Origin: Nemertoderma westbladi
Taxonomy: Eukaryota; Animalia; Xenacoelomorpha
Direction: 5' to 3'
Assembly (NCBI GenBank): GCA_032718475.1
Contig: JAUCBJ010001640.1
Coordinates: 1-64,000 of the forward strand
DNA length: 64,000 nt
Of this stretch, positions 50,051 to 62,774 are shown one piece after another. The notes below the pieces were generated by a model. It was not told the DNA's origin. It searched no databases and was given only the letters and a program-made list of their open reading frames with translations. The translations under genes and the position numbers were made by a program. The first letter of the stretch is position 1, and each line of letters starts with the position of its first letter.

Positions 50051-51870
50051 TGGTCTTCATCCAGTCAGAAACAGAATGCAGAAATGCACAACCCGTATAT
50101 TTAACTATAATACTGTAGGTACTACAGTATAGTTGTTATACTCCATCAATGTAAGAGTTATATATATTCATAATAATACTGTATGGGTAATTATGACAAT
50201 ATACACTACAGTACAACAAGAGTGTAAACGCGACACCACCGAAGCTGACAACAGACAACCGTTATTAACATTAGCAAACGAACAGATTAAAGTGGCAATT
50301 TATTCTAAACAAAGCAATAAACGAGAATCAAGAACGCTGGTTCCATTTATATTTTGTTTCAGTTTTTGTTTCATGTTATCACGGTTGTCTGCTGTCGGTT
50401 GTCGGGTTGTCGGGATTACCCAAAAACAGTAGTTTCACGGTATCAACATTAACTTGGAAAATTTAAGGATAGAGAGCAAAACATACTGGTTTCTAATTAA
50501 ATTCAACTCTAACTGAAAACCTGGATCTGGAATGTAATTATGTAGTAGCAGCATTCCGCGCGGGTGATCTTCAAGTGTAGTGAATTTATGCAAACAGAAA
50601 AACTGGTGCCATGTGTTCCTACCAGTCGGCAGGAATTGTCTCGTAGTTACCAACCATCCTGATTTGGCACCTATTTTCTCTCATTTATGCGCGCAGCGCA
50701 GATTATAATTCTAGATCATATTATTTGTTGCACCAATTCCTGTTTCCAGTTACAATTAATTCACAAAGAAACTGTATTATGTTCCAGAATTTAAATATAC
50801 GGGGATTGTCTACTGAATGTGTCTCTAGAAATAAAGAGTGATAAAATTCGGCAGAAATGTTAGTATTTCTACAAATCCTAAGTTATAATCTCGTGCTAAC
50901 GGAAGTGTCCGCATTCCTAAATACAATAAAACAAGATAAATGAATTATAAGAAAGGACCACCTTTCAACAATAATGGAATAGAAATAAAGTGTCCAGAAT
51001 TGTACGAAAAACGGTAGTTTAATAGGATCAGTTTCGTCAATAATCAATCGATTAACGCAGTGGAAAATGAGTGGAATAGCTTCTCCCTAATAATCTAAAA
51101 CATCTGCCACCAATTTTATAACCTTTACAGGAACCAAGGTTATACAGAAGACTGACGGTTTTATTTTTGTAACCTGCACGCGTTTTGCATATCATGTTTG
51201 TTTGTTATACATATTTTACGCTGAAACTATTTGAATTTCATGCGATTCAGGCAGAGTATATTTAACAGATAGAAGGTATAATGGTACATATCCGCTTATC
51301 TACATATTATTAATACCTCTATGCTTGGCTCGGACACAAAAGTTGAAGAAATGTTGAGTCTGTGCATGGATTATCCATAAATTACAAGCAAACTTTTTCC
51401 ACTTGAAGCTCTTTCGACACATCAAATTAAGAAATTTCACCGGGAACATATTCGTACTTCCCTTATTTTATTCGCTGCAACGAAGTAAAAATCAACGCAA
51501 TGCTGGGTTACTATTTTTATTCTATTTTTATTCTTATTTTTCTTCTTTATTTAATTCTATATAATTAAGCTAAAAAGTAACGAAATTATACAGTCGAAAT
51601 TATTCGAAACAAACGAAATTATTAAGTCACTACTGTATGTAGGCCTCAGTAGATATAGAATTTAACAAAATGTGTGGTTTAGTATGATTGCGAATTACTT
51701 TGGGTGTATATTAACCAAGATCCATCACTCCCACAATGATTAATGATGCACCCAGTAGGGTGAGCACAGTGGCAGCATACGATGGTATTGACAGATAGGA
51801 GGCCATGAGGAGGTAAATTGCGGACATACAAGGTTACAGGTAGTATTTCCAGGTCGTCTACCTTTTACCT

Positions 51871-52040
51871 GAGCCGCTAGCTGAATGGTTAGAGCGTCAG
51901 ATTTCCAACCCGGGGGTCACCAGTTCGATCCCACCTGGACGTCATTGCCGACTTTGCAAAAGCTGTGCCCATCAAAAGTTATATGAGGCCGATTGGCTCC
52001 TCTCCTCCACATTATTCTCCTCCCTGATTGTTAGAAGCCA
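51871..52040 (+). mobile_element. tRNA-derived SINE (Gly-TCC-like head)
   Basis: A box TAGCTGAATGG, TTCCAA loop, B box AGTTCGATCCC; acceptor stem does not pair; non-tRNA tail. Confidence 0.6.
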
Positions 52041-52971
52041 TAGAGTGCACCTAAACAAAATATAGCGTGGCAAGAAACGTAATTGATCTCCCCTCTTTTA
52101 CAGTAGATATTTACGTAGAATCCCTACTAGTGCTTTACTAACTCCTTTCTAAGTATAAACCAATATCGCCTTGTTCGAAGCCTACAGTGTAAAATCGGCG
52201 TAGCAGTTCCTGAAAATGGTAGGTGCTTTATGCAACCTGCAAAGGAAAAGCATACACATACTGTACTTGTTGCAAAAAAGGCCTAAAGTACTAAACTAAT
52301 CCTCGTATCTTTATTGACTCTCACTCGCTACGTTACTTGTGAGTAAGAAACAACTCGGGTCGACCGACACACTGCAAAGTGCCACACTTTACACAAATAT
52401 GTATATACTTATCAAATAAAATAGGTGATATATTATATATTTAAGTTTGAAAATTCGTAAATCAATTATGAAAACATAAATAATTTCCGGAAATATCTAT
52501 ATACCTAAACAGTAAAACTATGATATTACCGGTATACAGTAGACCACTATAATATTATTAATGTATTATTATATTATAATAATTTTATTAATAATATTAT
52601 AATTATAATATTATATATAATATAATTATAAATAGAAAAAAACTAACTTGATGATTTAAATAAATATATAGCAACGCCTTGTCCTGGATCACTATTGATC
52701 CATTTCGTTCAATATAATAATTTGAGAATTCGTGGGTGCGATGTGCAATTGGTTCTGTGATGATAGTCTCTGATATTAGAGACTCTTAGAGAAGTATTGT
52801 ACCTGGGTGTCTATATAAGAGAAAGTCATGTGGTGGGTAGGAAGTTGTGGCGGCCCAATTTTGTGGCAGGCCGATTGTAGTAGTAGTACTGTAGTAGTGG
52901 TACTGTACTAGTAGTATATCAGAGAAAATAAGTTAGGTGGACAATAACCACACTATAATTGTAGTGCAAGT

Positions 52972-53042
52972 CTGTTCCAGGAAGTTATTTATTAACGTAC
53001 TGTACTGTCAGTACGACGTTAATAGATAACTTCCTGAAACAG
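52972..53042. repeat. 71-bp near-perfect palindrome
   Basis: 27-bp arms ctgttccaggaagttatttattaacgt / acgttaatagataacttcctgaaacag (2 mismatches) plus an inner gtactg/cagtac pair. Confidence 0.85.
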
Positions 53043-53449
53043 TACTGTATAATATATAGATACAGATCAGTAACAGGAGCGGCGGCTTGTTTGATGTTAC
53101 CTTGCAGTAAGAACGCGGCACCCCTTTGATCTACTGGGTTTTGTAAAACAATTCAACGACGCTGTTTTTTAATATGTCGTCAAAAGTAGTGCGGTGCGTA
53201 GCAGAGTTTAATAATAACCCTATGTGACGAGAATATTTGACGTTTGTGCCATTTCAATTTATATTTTATATTTTACATCACTAGCTATGTAAAAGAGGAG
53301 CGTTGAGGAAACCATTATTGGATGTTTGCAACCGGAAGTTGAAAGTGTAAAAACCATGAATTTGGACTAAAAGTCAACTAAAGCCTCGCCCCATGAAAGG
53401 AGACCTCGGTGTACCACCAAACTATTGTGAAATCACTCTTCAGAGATAA

Positions 53450-55767
53450 ATGTAGTTAGGAGTTGAGTGTGGATAGGTGTAGTTAGGAGTGGAATGGGAA
53501 TAGGTGTAGTTAGAAGTGGAGATAGGTGTTGTTAGGAATGGAGTGGATATTGGTGTAGTTAGGAGTGTAGTGGATATAGGTGTAGTTAGTAGTGGAGATA
53601 GGTGTTGTTAGGAATGGAGTGGAGATTGGTGTAGTTAGGAGTGTAGTGGATATAGGTGTAGTTAGGAGTGGTGTGGAGATTGGTGTAGTTAGGAGTGTAG
53701 TGGATATAGGTGTAGTTAGTAGTGGAAATAGGTGTTGTTAGGAATGGAGTGGAGATTGGTGTAGTTAGGAGTGGAGATAGGTGTTGTTAGGAATGGAGTG
53801 GATATTGGTGTAGTTAGGAGTGTAGTGGATATAGGTGTAGTTAGTAGTGGAGATAGGTGTTGTTAGGAATGGAGTGGAGATTGGTGTAGTTAGGAGTGTA
53901 GTGGATATAGGTGTAGTTAGGAGTGGTGTGGAGATTGGTGTAGTTAGGAGTGTAGTGGATATAGGTGTAGTTAGTAGTGGAAATAGGTGTTGTTAGGAAT
54001 GGAGTGGAGATTGGTGTAGTTAGGAGTGGAGTGGGAATAGGTGTAGTTAGTAGTGGAGATTGGTGTTGTTAGGAATGGAGTGGACATTGGTGTAGTTAGG
54101 AGTGGAATGGGAATAGGTGTAGTTAGAAGTGGATATAGGTGTTGTTAGGATTGGAGTGGAGATTGGTGTAGTTTGGAGTGCAGTGGATATAGGTGTAGTT
54201 AGTAGTGTAGATAGGTGTTGTTAGGAATGGAGTGGATATTGGTGTAGTTAGGAGTGTAGTGGATATAGGTGTAGTTAGTAGTGGAGATAGGTGTTGTTAG
54301 GATTGGAGTGGAGATTGGTGTAGTTAGGAGTGGAATGGGAATAGGTGTAGTTAGTAGTGGAGATAGGTGTTGTTAGGAATGGAGTGGAGATTGGTGTAGC
54401 TAGGAGTGTAGTGGATATAGGTGTTGTTAGTAGTGGAGATAGGTGTTGTTAGGAATGGAGTGGAGATTGGTGTAGTTAGGAGTGGAATGGGAATAGGTGT
54501 AGTTAGTAGTGGAGATAGGTGTTGTTAGGAATGGAGTGGAGATTGGTGTAGTTAGGAGTGGAATGGGAATAGGTGTAGTTAGAAGTGGAGATAGGTGTTG
54601 TTAGGATTGGAGTGGAGATTGGTGTAGTTTGGAGTGCAGTGGATATAGGTGTAGTTAGTAGTGTAGATAGGTGTTGTTAGGAATGGAGTGGAGATTGGTG
54701 TAGTTAGTAGTGGAAAGGGAATAGGTGTAGTTAGAAGTGGAGATAGGTGTTGTTAGGATTGGAGTGGATATTGGTGTAGTTAGGAGTGTAGTGGATATAG
54801 GTGTAGTTAGGAGTGGAGTGGAGATTGGTGTAGTTAGGAGTGTATTGGATATAGGTGTAGTTAGTAGTGGAGATAGGTGTTGTTAGGAATGGAGTGGAGA
54901 TTGGTGTAGTTAGGAGTGGAATGGGAATAGGTGTAGTTAGTAGTGGAGATAGGTGTTGTTAGGAATGGAGTGGAGATTGGTGTAGTTAGGAGTGGAATGG
55001 GAATAGGTGTAGTTAGAAGTGGAGATAGGTGTTGTTAGGATTGGAGTGGAGATTGGTGTAGTTTGGAGTGTAGTGGATATAGGTGTAGTTAGTAGTGTAG
55101 ATAGGTGTTGTTAGGAATGGAGTGGAGATTGGTGTAGTTAGGAGTGGAAAGGGAATAAGTGTAGTTAGAAGTGGAGATAGGTGTTGTTAGGATTGGAGTG
55201 GAGATTGGTGTAGTTAGGAGTGTAGTGGATATAGGTGTAGTTAGGAGTGGAGTGGAGATTGGTGTAGTTAGGAGTGTAGTGGATATAGGTGTAGTTAGTA
55301 GTGGAGATAGGTGTTGTTAGGAATGGGGTGGAGATTGGTGTAGTTAGGAGTGGAATGGGAATAGGTGTAGTTAGAAGTGGAGATAGGTGTTGTTAGGAAT
55401 GGAGTGGAGATTGGTGTAGTTAGGAGTGGAAAGGGAATAAGTGTAGTTAGAAGTGGAGATAGGTGTTGTTAGGATTGGAGTGGAGATTGGTGTAGTTAGG
55501 AGTGTAGTGGATATAGGTGTAGTTAGGAGTGGAGTGGAGATTGGTGTAGTTAGGAGTGTAGTGGATATAGGTGTAGTTAGTAGTGTAGATAGGTGTTGTT
55601 AGGAATGGAGTGGAGATTGGTGTAGTTAGGAGTGGAGTGGATATAGGTGTAGTTAGTAGTGTAGATAGGTGTTTTTAGGAATGGAGTGGAGATTGGTGTA
55701 GTTAGGAGTGGAGTGGATATAGGTGTAGTTAGTAGTGGTGATAGGTGTTGTTATGAATGGAGTGGAT
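53450..55767. repeat. 2.3-kb satellite; 22/27-bp monomers in a 76-bp higher-order unit
   Basis: gataggtgttgttaggaatggagtgga / gattggtgtagttaggagtgtagtgga / tataggtgtagttagtagtgga; plus strand almost C-free. Confidence 0.97.
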
Positions 55768-55904
55768 GCCAGTGGATTGTTGCTGCCAAAATATATTTCA
55801 AAATTATTCTATAAAATATAGAATTAGACCGCAAGCAGAAAAACTACTGTGTAAGAGCCTAAATAGATTTCGACCTAATACAGTAGATCATCAATAGCTC
55901 AGTT

Positions 55905-57302
55905 ACAATAGAATTCTGTTAAATCGCATTAGGGATCCCATTGAGAGACTGATCCATGGAAATCAGAATGGGTTCCGTAAAGGTCGTGGGACCATGGAAC
56001 CCATTTTGGCACTTAGAAGGATAATTGAAGATTTATCAAAAAAGAAAGACAGGCATCTGGGTGTTATCTTTGTTGAGTTCGTCAAGGCCTTTGATTCAGT
56101 CTCTCGCTCAAGTATGTTCAGCATACTATCATTATATAGGATTCCTGATGAAATTATTGCAGCAATCAGATCAGTATACGATGGTTCGACGACATTTGTG
56201 TCTACTGTTGATGGTGACAAAGTACCATTCGAAGTGTTATGGGGAGTCATATAGGGAGAAACACTTGTTGCACCATTCACATTCATAATTGTGGTTGACT
56301 ATGTTCTACGCATGTCCTTAGATCATCACAATGATGATGGGGTGATGGTAATTCCACCTAACGGTTCCAGAAGTCGAGGAAATCCTGCCAAGTACCTAAC
56401 TGATCTAGACTTTGCTGATGACTTAGGAGTACTCTCAGAATCACTAGAGGGAGCCCTACGGCTCCTTAGAACTAGCTGCATTTAGTGTTGATCTTTTTGC
56501 TAACTCCAAAAAGACCAAAATTTTGACAGTTAACTTTGAAAGTCCTCAGCAAGTCTCTGATCGGTTGAGCATAAGCTCAAAGGATGGTATGCTAAGCATG
56601 TTGACGACTTCTGTTACCTGGGATCATGGATCCGGAAGTCAGGTAAGGACCTTCGAATACGTAAGGAAAAGGCATGGGCAGCCTTGAATAGGCTTTCCGG
56701 GATTTGGAAGTCACATAGAATTCATCGGAAACTTAACGTGCGATTAATTAGAGCAGCAATGGTTCCAGTACTCCTCTATGGGAGTCCATGCTGGGCTCTA
56801 ACTGCTGAGGATACCAAATTGCTGGATGGCACATTTACAAAAAAGCTACGTCGGGTTCACGTGTGTCAAGTACAATGCACCAATCTTCAATCAGACATTA
56901 TGTAAAATTGGAGGTGTCTCATTGGTTCCCCAAACTTGAAAACTAGAACAAAGCCGCCTCCGCTTTGCAGGACATTGTTTTCGCCGGGAGGATCAGCCTG
57001 TGCAAAATCTTGTGCTTTGGCACCCCCATAGAGAAAATAAGCATGGTGGACAGCCCATGACTTCTTGAGACGCTTCCTAAAGGACACTGGCCTTGAGGAT
57101 GCGAAATATCTAGCAAATGTCATGGGTGGTAGGGAGTTGTAGCGGCGCAATTTTATTGATAAGCCGGCATAGCATTCTTAATGCACGCTGCATTGGGGTT
57201 GCCAATTGTGGATTGCTGGGTGGTGGCAAAATGTTTTTGTTAAGCTGGCATAGCATCTCAATTTGCTGTTTCAATGCAGCAGGCCAGTTATAGTAGTAGT
57301 AG
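55905..57302 (+). mobile_element. RTE-1 fragment (RT domain to 3' tail), degenerate
   Basis: QNGFRKGR, FVKAFDSV, DLDFADDL, FCYLGSW, VLLYGSPCW; (TAG) tail. Confidence 0.9.
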
Positions 57303-57339
57303 CGCTGTGGAGATTATTGAAGGAATTTAATCTCTCCTG

Positions 57340-57772
57340 CACTTTTGACATTTGTCGACTTCAAAAAAGCATTCGACTCTATTCATAGAGGTAAAATGCT
57401 TGGAAAATCTTAGCTCTATCAAAAATGGATACCATTTGACCTGTGAAGACGAAGTTCTTTCAAGCCACAGTGGAAAGAGTACTGCCATAGGAGGTGAGAC
57501 CTGGGCACTGACGAAATCACTTGAACAACGAATTGACGTTTTCTACACAAGACTACTAAAGGTAGCCCTAAACATCAGCTGTACATTAGCTCTACTTTTC
57601 TGGCAACCAACACAAGGAAAGCATATCGCGGACGACCGGCTGTAGTCCAACTAGAAAGGGATACTGAATTCGAGAGAAACAAAATTGCGACAACTATGGA
57701 GAATCGGGAAGCCTGGAAGGATCTCATTTCCGCTGGCCGAGTTCGCTCGACCTAGTAGTAGTAGTAGTAGTA
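57340..57772 (+). mobile_element. Internally deleted RTE-2 copy
   Basis: TFVDFKKAFDSIHRGKML, ETWALTKSLEQRID; 3' end nearly identical to the rc of 48345-48510. Confidence 0.85.
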
Positions 57773-57879
57773 GCAATCTGTTAGGGTAATTGGATAATAA
57801 TAATAAGGTTAGGTGAATTAGAGTAAAACTTATGTAAATATATAGCAGCGAGTGGGAAAATATACGCATTGAGGAAGAC

Positions 57880-59805
57880 GGGAATGTGGGAAGTTGGAAA
57901 TATGTAGAGATTATGGGATGATGGGAATGTGGGGAGATGGATGAGAATGTGGGTAGGCGGGAATGTGGGGAGATAGATGGGAATGTGGCAAGATGGGGAT
58001 GTGGGAAGATGGATAGGGATCTGGGAAGGTGGATGGAAATGTGTAAAATGGATGGGAATGTGGGAAGATGGATGGGAATGTGGGGAGGTGGGAATGTGAG
58101 AAGATCGATGAGATTGTGGGTAGGCGGGAATGTGGGGAAATAGATGGGAATGTGGCAAGATGGGGATGTGGGAAGATGGATAGGGCTCTGGGAAGGTGGA
58201 TGGAAATGTGTAAAATGGATGGGGATGTGGGAAGATGGATGGGAATGTGGGGAGGTGGGAATGTGAGAAGATGGATGAGATTGTGGGTAGGCGGGAATGT
58301 GGGGAAATAGATGGGAATGTGGCAAGATGGGGATGTGGGAAGATGGATGGGGATCTGGGAAGGTGGATGGAAATGTGTAAAATGGATGGGAATGTGGGAA
58401 GATGGATGGGAATGTGGGGAGGTGGGAATGTGAGAAGATGGATGAGATTGTGGGTAGGCGGGAATGTGGGGAAATAGATGGGAATGTGGCAAGATGGGGA
58501 TGTGGGAAGATGGATGGGGATCTGGGAAGGTGGATGGAAATGTGTAAAATGGATGGGAATGTGGGAAGATGGATGGGAATGTGGGAAGGTGGATGGGAAT
58601 GTGGCAAGATGGGAATGTGGGAAGATGGATGGGAATCTGGAAAGGTGGATGGAAATGTGTAAAATGGATGGGAATGTGGGAAGATGGATGGGAATGTGGG
58701 AAGGTGGATGGGAATGTGGCAAGATGGGGATGTGGGAAGATGGATGGGAATCTGGAAAGGTGGATGGAAATGTGTAAAATGGATGGGAATGTGGGAAGAT
58801 GGATGGGAATGTGGGAAGGTGGATGGGAATGTGTAAAATGGATGGGAATGTGGGAAGATGGATGGGAATGTGGGAAGGTGGATGGGAATGTGGCAAGATG
58901 GGGATGTGGGAAGATGGATGGGAATCTGGAAAGGTGGATGGAAATGTGTAAAATGGATGGGAATGTGGGAAGATGGATGGGAATGTGGGAAGGTGGATGG
59001 GAATGTGGCAAGATGGGGATGTGGGAAGATGGATGGAGATCTGGGAAGGTGGATGGAAATGTGTAAAATGGATGGGAATGTGGGAAGATGGATGGGAATG
59101 TGGGAAGGTGGATGGGAATGTGGCAAGATGGGGATGTGGGAAGATGGATGGGAATCTGGAAAGGTGGATGGAAATGTGTAAAATGGATGGGAATGTGGGA
59201 AGATGGATGGGAATGTGGGGAGGTGGGAATGTGGCGAGATGGATGAGAATGTGGGAAGATGGGAATGTGGGGAGATGGATGGGCATGTGGAAAGATGGAT
59301 GGGAATCTTGGGTGATAGCAATATGGGAAGATGGATGGGAATGTGGGAAGATGAATATGAATGTGGGAAGATGGGAATGTGGGAAGATAAGAAGGGAATC
59401 TAGGCGTACATGGATGGGAATCTGGGGAGATGGGATTGCGGGAAGAAGGTGGGAATGTGTGGAGTTGGGAATGTGGGAAGATAGATGGGAATGTGAGGAG
59501 TTGGGAATGTGGGAAAATGGATGGGAACGTGGGAAGATGGATGTGAATGTGGGAGGATGGATGGGAATTTATGATGATGGGAATGTGGCGAGATGGATGG
59601 GAATGTGGGGAGTTGGAAATTTGGGAAAATGGATGGAAATGTGGGAAGATGGAATGAAATGTGGGGAAGACGGATGGGAATGTAAAAGATGGGAATGTGG
59701 CGAGATGGATCGGCATGTGGGGAGATGGATATGATTGTGGGAAGAAGGGAATGTGGGAAGATAGATGGGAATGTGGGAATATGGATGGGAATGTGGGAAG
59801 ATGGA
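57880..59805. repeat. G-rich ~20-bp minisatellite (GGATGGGAATGTGGGAAGAT), 1.9 kb
   Basis: Monomer variants arranged in ~115- and ~167-bp higher-order blocks; source of the spurious H/P-rich ORFs. Confidence 0.97.
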
Positions 59806-60920
59806 TACTACTACAATCATCGGCCTGCTGCCTTGAAACTGCACATTGAGATGCTATGTCAGCTTAACAAAACATTTTGTCATCACCATGCAATCAACAA
59901 TTGGCAAGCCCAATGCAGCGTACATCAAAAATGCTGTGCCGGTTTATCAAGAAAATTGCACCGCCACAACTCCCTATCACCCATGACATTTGCTAGATCA
60001 TCCGCATCTTCAAGGCCAGTGTCCTTTAAGATGCGTATCAAGAAAGTCATGGGCTGTCCACCATACTTATTCTTTCCATGATGCCGCCAAAGCACAAGAT
60101 TATGCACTGGCTGGTCCTCACGGCGAAAGCAATGTCCTGCAAAGCGGAGGCGGCTGTGTTCTAATGTCAAGCTTGGTGAGACACCTCCAATGTTATACAA
60201 TGTTTGTTGGAGATGTGTGCATTGTACTTGAGACAGTGAACCCGGCGTAGCATTCTTTTGAATGTTCCATCCAGAGATTTGGTGCAATCAGCAGTCAGAG
60301 CCCAGCATGGACTCCCATAGAGGAGTACTGGTACTACTGCACTTCAAAATAATCGTACCTTAAATTTCCGATGTATTCTATGTGACTTCCAAATCCTGGA
60401 AAGCCCATTCAAGGCTGCCCATGCTTTCCATTACGTATTCGAAGGTCCTCATCTGACTTCCGAATCCATGATCCCAGGTAACAGAAGTCGTCCACATGCT
60501 CAAGCATACCATCATTTGATCTTATGCTCATACGATCAGACATTTCCTGAGGACTTTCAAGGTTAACTGTCAAAATTTTAGTCTTCTTCGAGTTAACAAA
60601 AACACCAACACTAAATGCAGCCTGTTATAATGAGCTTAGGCCCCATTAGACTCCCTCTAGTGGTTCTGAGAGAACTAGTAAATCATCAGCAAAGTCTAGA
60701 TCAGTTAGGTACTTGGTTGAATTTCCTCGACTTCTGGAGCCAGTCGGTGGAGTTACCATCACCCACATCGTCATTATGAATTATGATGATCTAAGGACAT
60801 ACGTTGAACATAGTCAACTACAATTGTAAATAAGAATGGTGCAAGTGTGTCACCCTGGAGGACTCCCCATAACATTTCGAATGGATTTGTGTGAAACAAG
60901 ACACAAATGGCGTCGTACCT
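59806..60920 (-). mobile_element. RTE-1 fragment, inverted relative to 55905-57302
   Basis: GVLQGDTLAPFLF, DLDFADD, FCYLGSW; same extended 3' UTR as the 55905 copy. Confidence 0.9.
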
Positions 60921-61029
60921 TTGACCCTTAGCTATTACACTTAGCTAGGATATAAATACAATCACCAAATAATAGTTTCACCTATATGTATTCGTTTCAA
61001 GTTTCGCTATCAACGTAAAGTTTACTCAC

Positions 61030-61083
61030 CTTCAAATACCATCTCCGTATTGTCAAAATGTTAATTTCACACACATCGCTCAT
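61030..61083 (-). other. Candidate first exon of a gene divergent from BAZ1A
   Basis: Consensus donor GAAG|GTGAGT at 61030/61029 next to the promoter; ATGs at 61083 (MSDVCEINILTIRRWYLK) and 61042 (MVFE). Confidence 0.4.
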
Positions 61084-61134
61084 ATTATACTGACTGGGTT
61101 GGTGAAGAATGGGACGGATTAATATTCTGACACA

Positions 61135-61300
61135 ACAAACCAATGCAAGAAACTACCCTTCAGGTCCCCTTTTCAACTAGATCTGGTTATTTTTGTTTCT
61201 ATATAAGTCTGTTGTGATGAATTGAAAAAAACGATATGATCCAATCACAATGTTTGTCTTGTATGTGTTTAAATTTGAAAATCCCGCCAATTTGGCGTTC
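61135..61300. promoter_or_regulatory. TATA-less promoter with CCAAT boxes and CHR/E2F-like elements
   Basis: CCAAT at 61141 and 61241; TTTGAA directly followed by AATCCCGCCAA (TTGGCGGGA on minus) and TTTGGCG at 61274-61297. Confidence 0.55.
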
Positions 61301-61567
61301 ATGCTACTATATCACTGTAGTGACATCCTTTGATGCCTGCATTCCCACTGTGCTGGGCGGTACAATTTACAGTAGTGCTGGTTTGGGGTTTTGTTATTTT
61401 AAACAAGTTTAGTTTCGTAGTTAGATTTATTATATTTTTTAACATTTTACTACATACTAAAAGCTCAAATTTGGCATAGTTATTTTAATGTTTAATTTAA
61501 TCTTCGGTGATGAAAAGACTGCTGGAAATATAGTATTTCAGAAGTTGACGATAGCAAAACTGCGAGG
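61300..61567 (+). other. BAZ1A: Probable non-coding first exon of BAZ1A
   Basis: Donor CGAG|GTATGT at 61567 lies between the promoter and the acceptor at 62418. Start is approximate. Confidence 0.45.
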
Positions 61568-62431
61568 TATGTGTTCAATTATTTTGAATTTGCGCCTTGT
61601 ATCGGTAGATATCCTTTTATTTTCTGTAAATAGAGGACACAGCATAGTGTAATATAAGTAATATACATAATATAATTACAATATTAATACATTACCGATG
61701 TTTAAAGAGTAGAAAATGTCTAACCTGCTCTATATTAATTTAACGCAATACGGTAGGTAGTGTGTGCTGGTGTGTGTAGGGCGTAGGGAGTGGATGGCAG
61801 GGCCTATGTTGGCAACTAGCTACCGCATTACCGGCAGGCCGATATTGTGGTTGCCAGCTAGCTATCTAGCTCCCGGTGCACGGGCCGGCCAGTACAACCA
61901 ACTCCGAGCATCCAATCACCCAAGATCGTTCTTTGTTAAACTCAATTTCAAAGCGTTAGGCCTATTTTATTCCGTGGCTTTTCGTTGTTAATTTTTCTAG
62001 TATAAATTCAGAAATATATTAGCAATAATAACAATAACAATGTACGTCATTGGATATATATTAGGCCTACTGTATATAATGGTAATCACATTGATTTGAG
62101 GTATGAGATTAGTGGAGAAGAGAGGAGTAATGGTTATTTTTACTAAGGCCACTCACTAAGGGTGACACTGACACAGATAAAACTGAAAATAAGTAATAAT
62201 TATTTTTTGAAGGTATCTCATAGACAGCAGACAGGCGTTGGAATTTCAATTCAAATGGGTTCAATATAAATTTATTAATATTATAAAAATTACCCTCTCG
62301 AGATTCAATTATTATAATTATCATCCTAGCTAGGTAATATTGTACTCTATAGCCGGTTTTAGTTTTCTAATCAATATTTTAAATTATAATGTAACGTTCT
62401 TTTTTTTTTTATTTTAAGGTTTGTATCTAGA

Positions 62432-62544
62432 ATGCCTCTATTAAGAAAGAAACCATTTGTTCCCATCAAACCCCCACCCAATCTTCACACAGAAGAGGAG
62501 GTATTCCACTGCACAATTACCAATGAAATATTTCGATGTTACAA
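62432..62544 (+). CDS. BAZ1A: First coding exon of BAZ1A/ACF1 (WAC domain N-terminus); gene continues beyond the window
   Basis: Acceptor (T)n-attttaag| at 62418; ATG 62432 gives MPLLRKKPFVPIKPPPNLHTEEEVFHCTITNEIFRCY, closely matching the BAZ1A start MPLLHRKPFVRQKPPADLRPDEEVFYCKVTNEIFRHY; donor GTAAGT at 62545. Too short for the ORF track. Confidence 0.92.
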
Positions 62545-62774
62545 GTAAGTTCGTAAATTATTGTTTATTTTTCTATGAGTTTCGAGTATTAATGAAACAG
62601 GAATAGCAGAATATCCGCTTAAATGAACTAACTGACTGTTGACACATCGATGAGGAAATGGAAATTAATATGGCGGATGCCACTGCTGTTGTAGCGCCAT
62701 CTATTTTTCGTACTATTATTTTTTTAATTGTATAGTATCGTAAGCGTATTATTTGGGATTTAAGCAGCAGCTAA

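Noticed and set aside
51871-51945. Functional tRNA-Gly genes (also 62780-62850)
   Set aside because: A/B boxes are present but acceptor and anticodon stems do not pair and no poly-T terminator follows; better explained as SINE heads.
53450-55767. Telomeric TTAGG/TTAGGG array
   Set aside because: TTAGG occurs only inside 22-27-bp monomers, never as tandem telomeric units.
57651-59734. 500-600-aa His/Pro-rich and Trp/Gly-rich ORFs
   Set aside because: Open in nearly all frames on both strands because the minisatellite lacks stop codons.
61030-61042. VPS13 start codons (MVFE)
   Set aside because: Four residues are not diagnostic and no VPS13-like downstream exon was found in the window.
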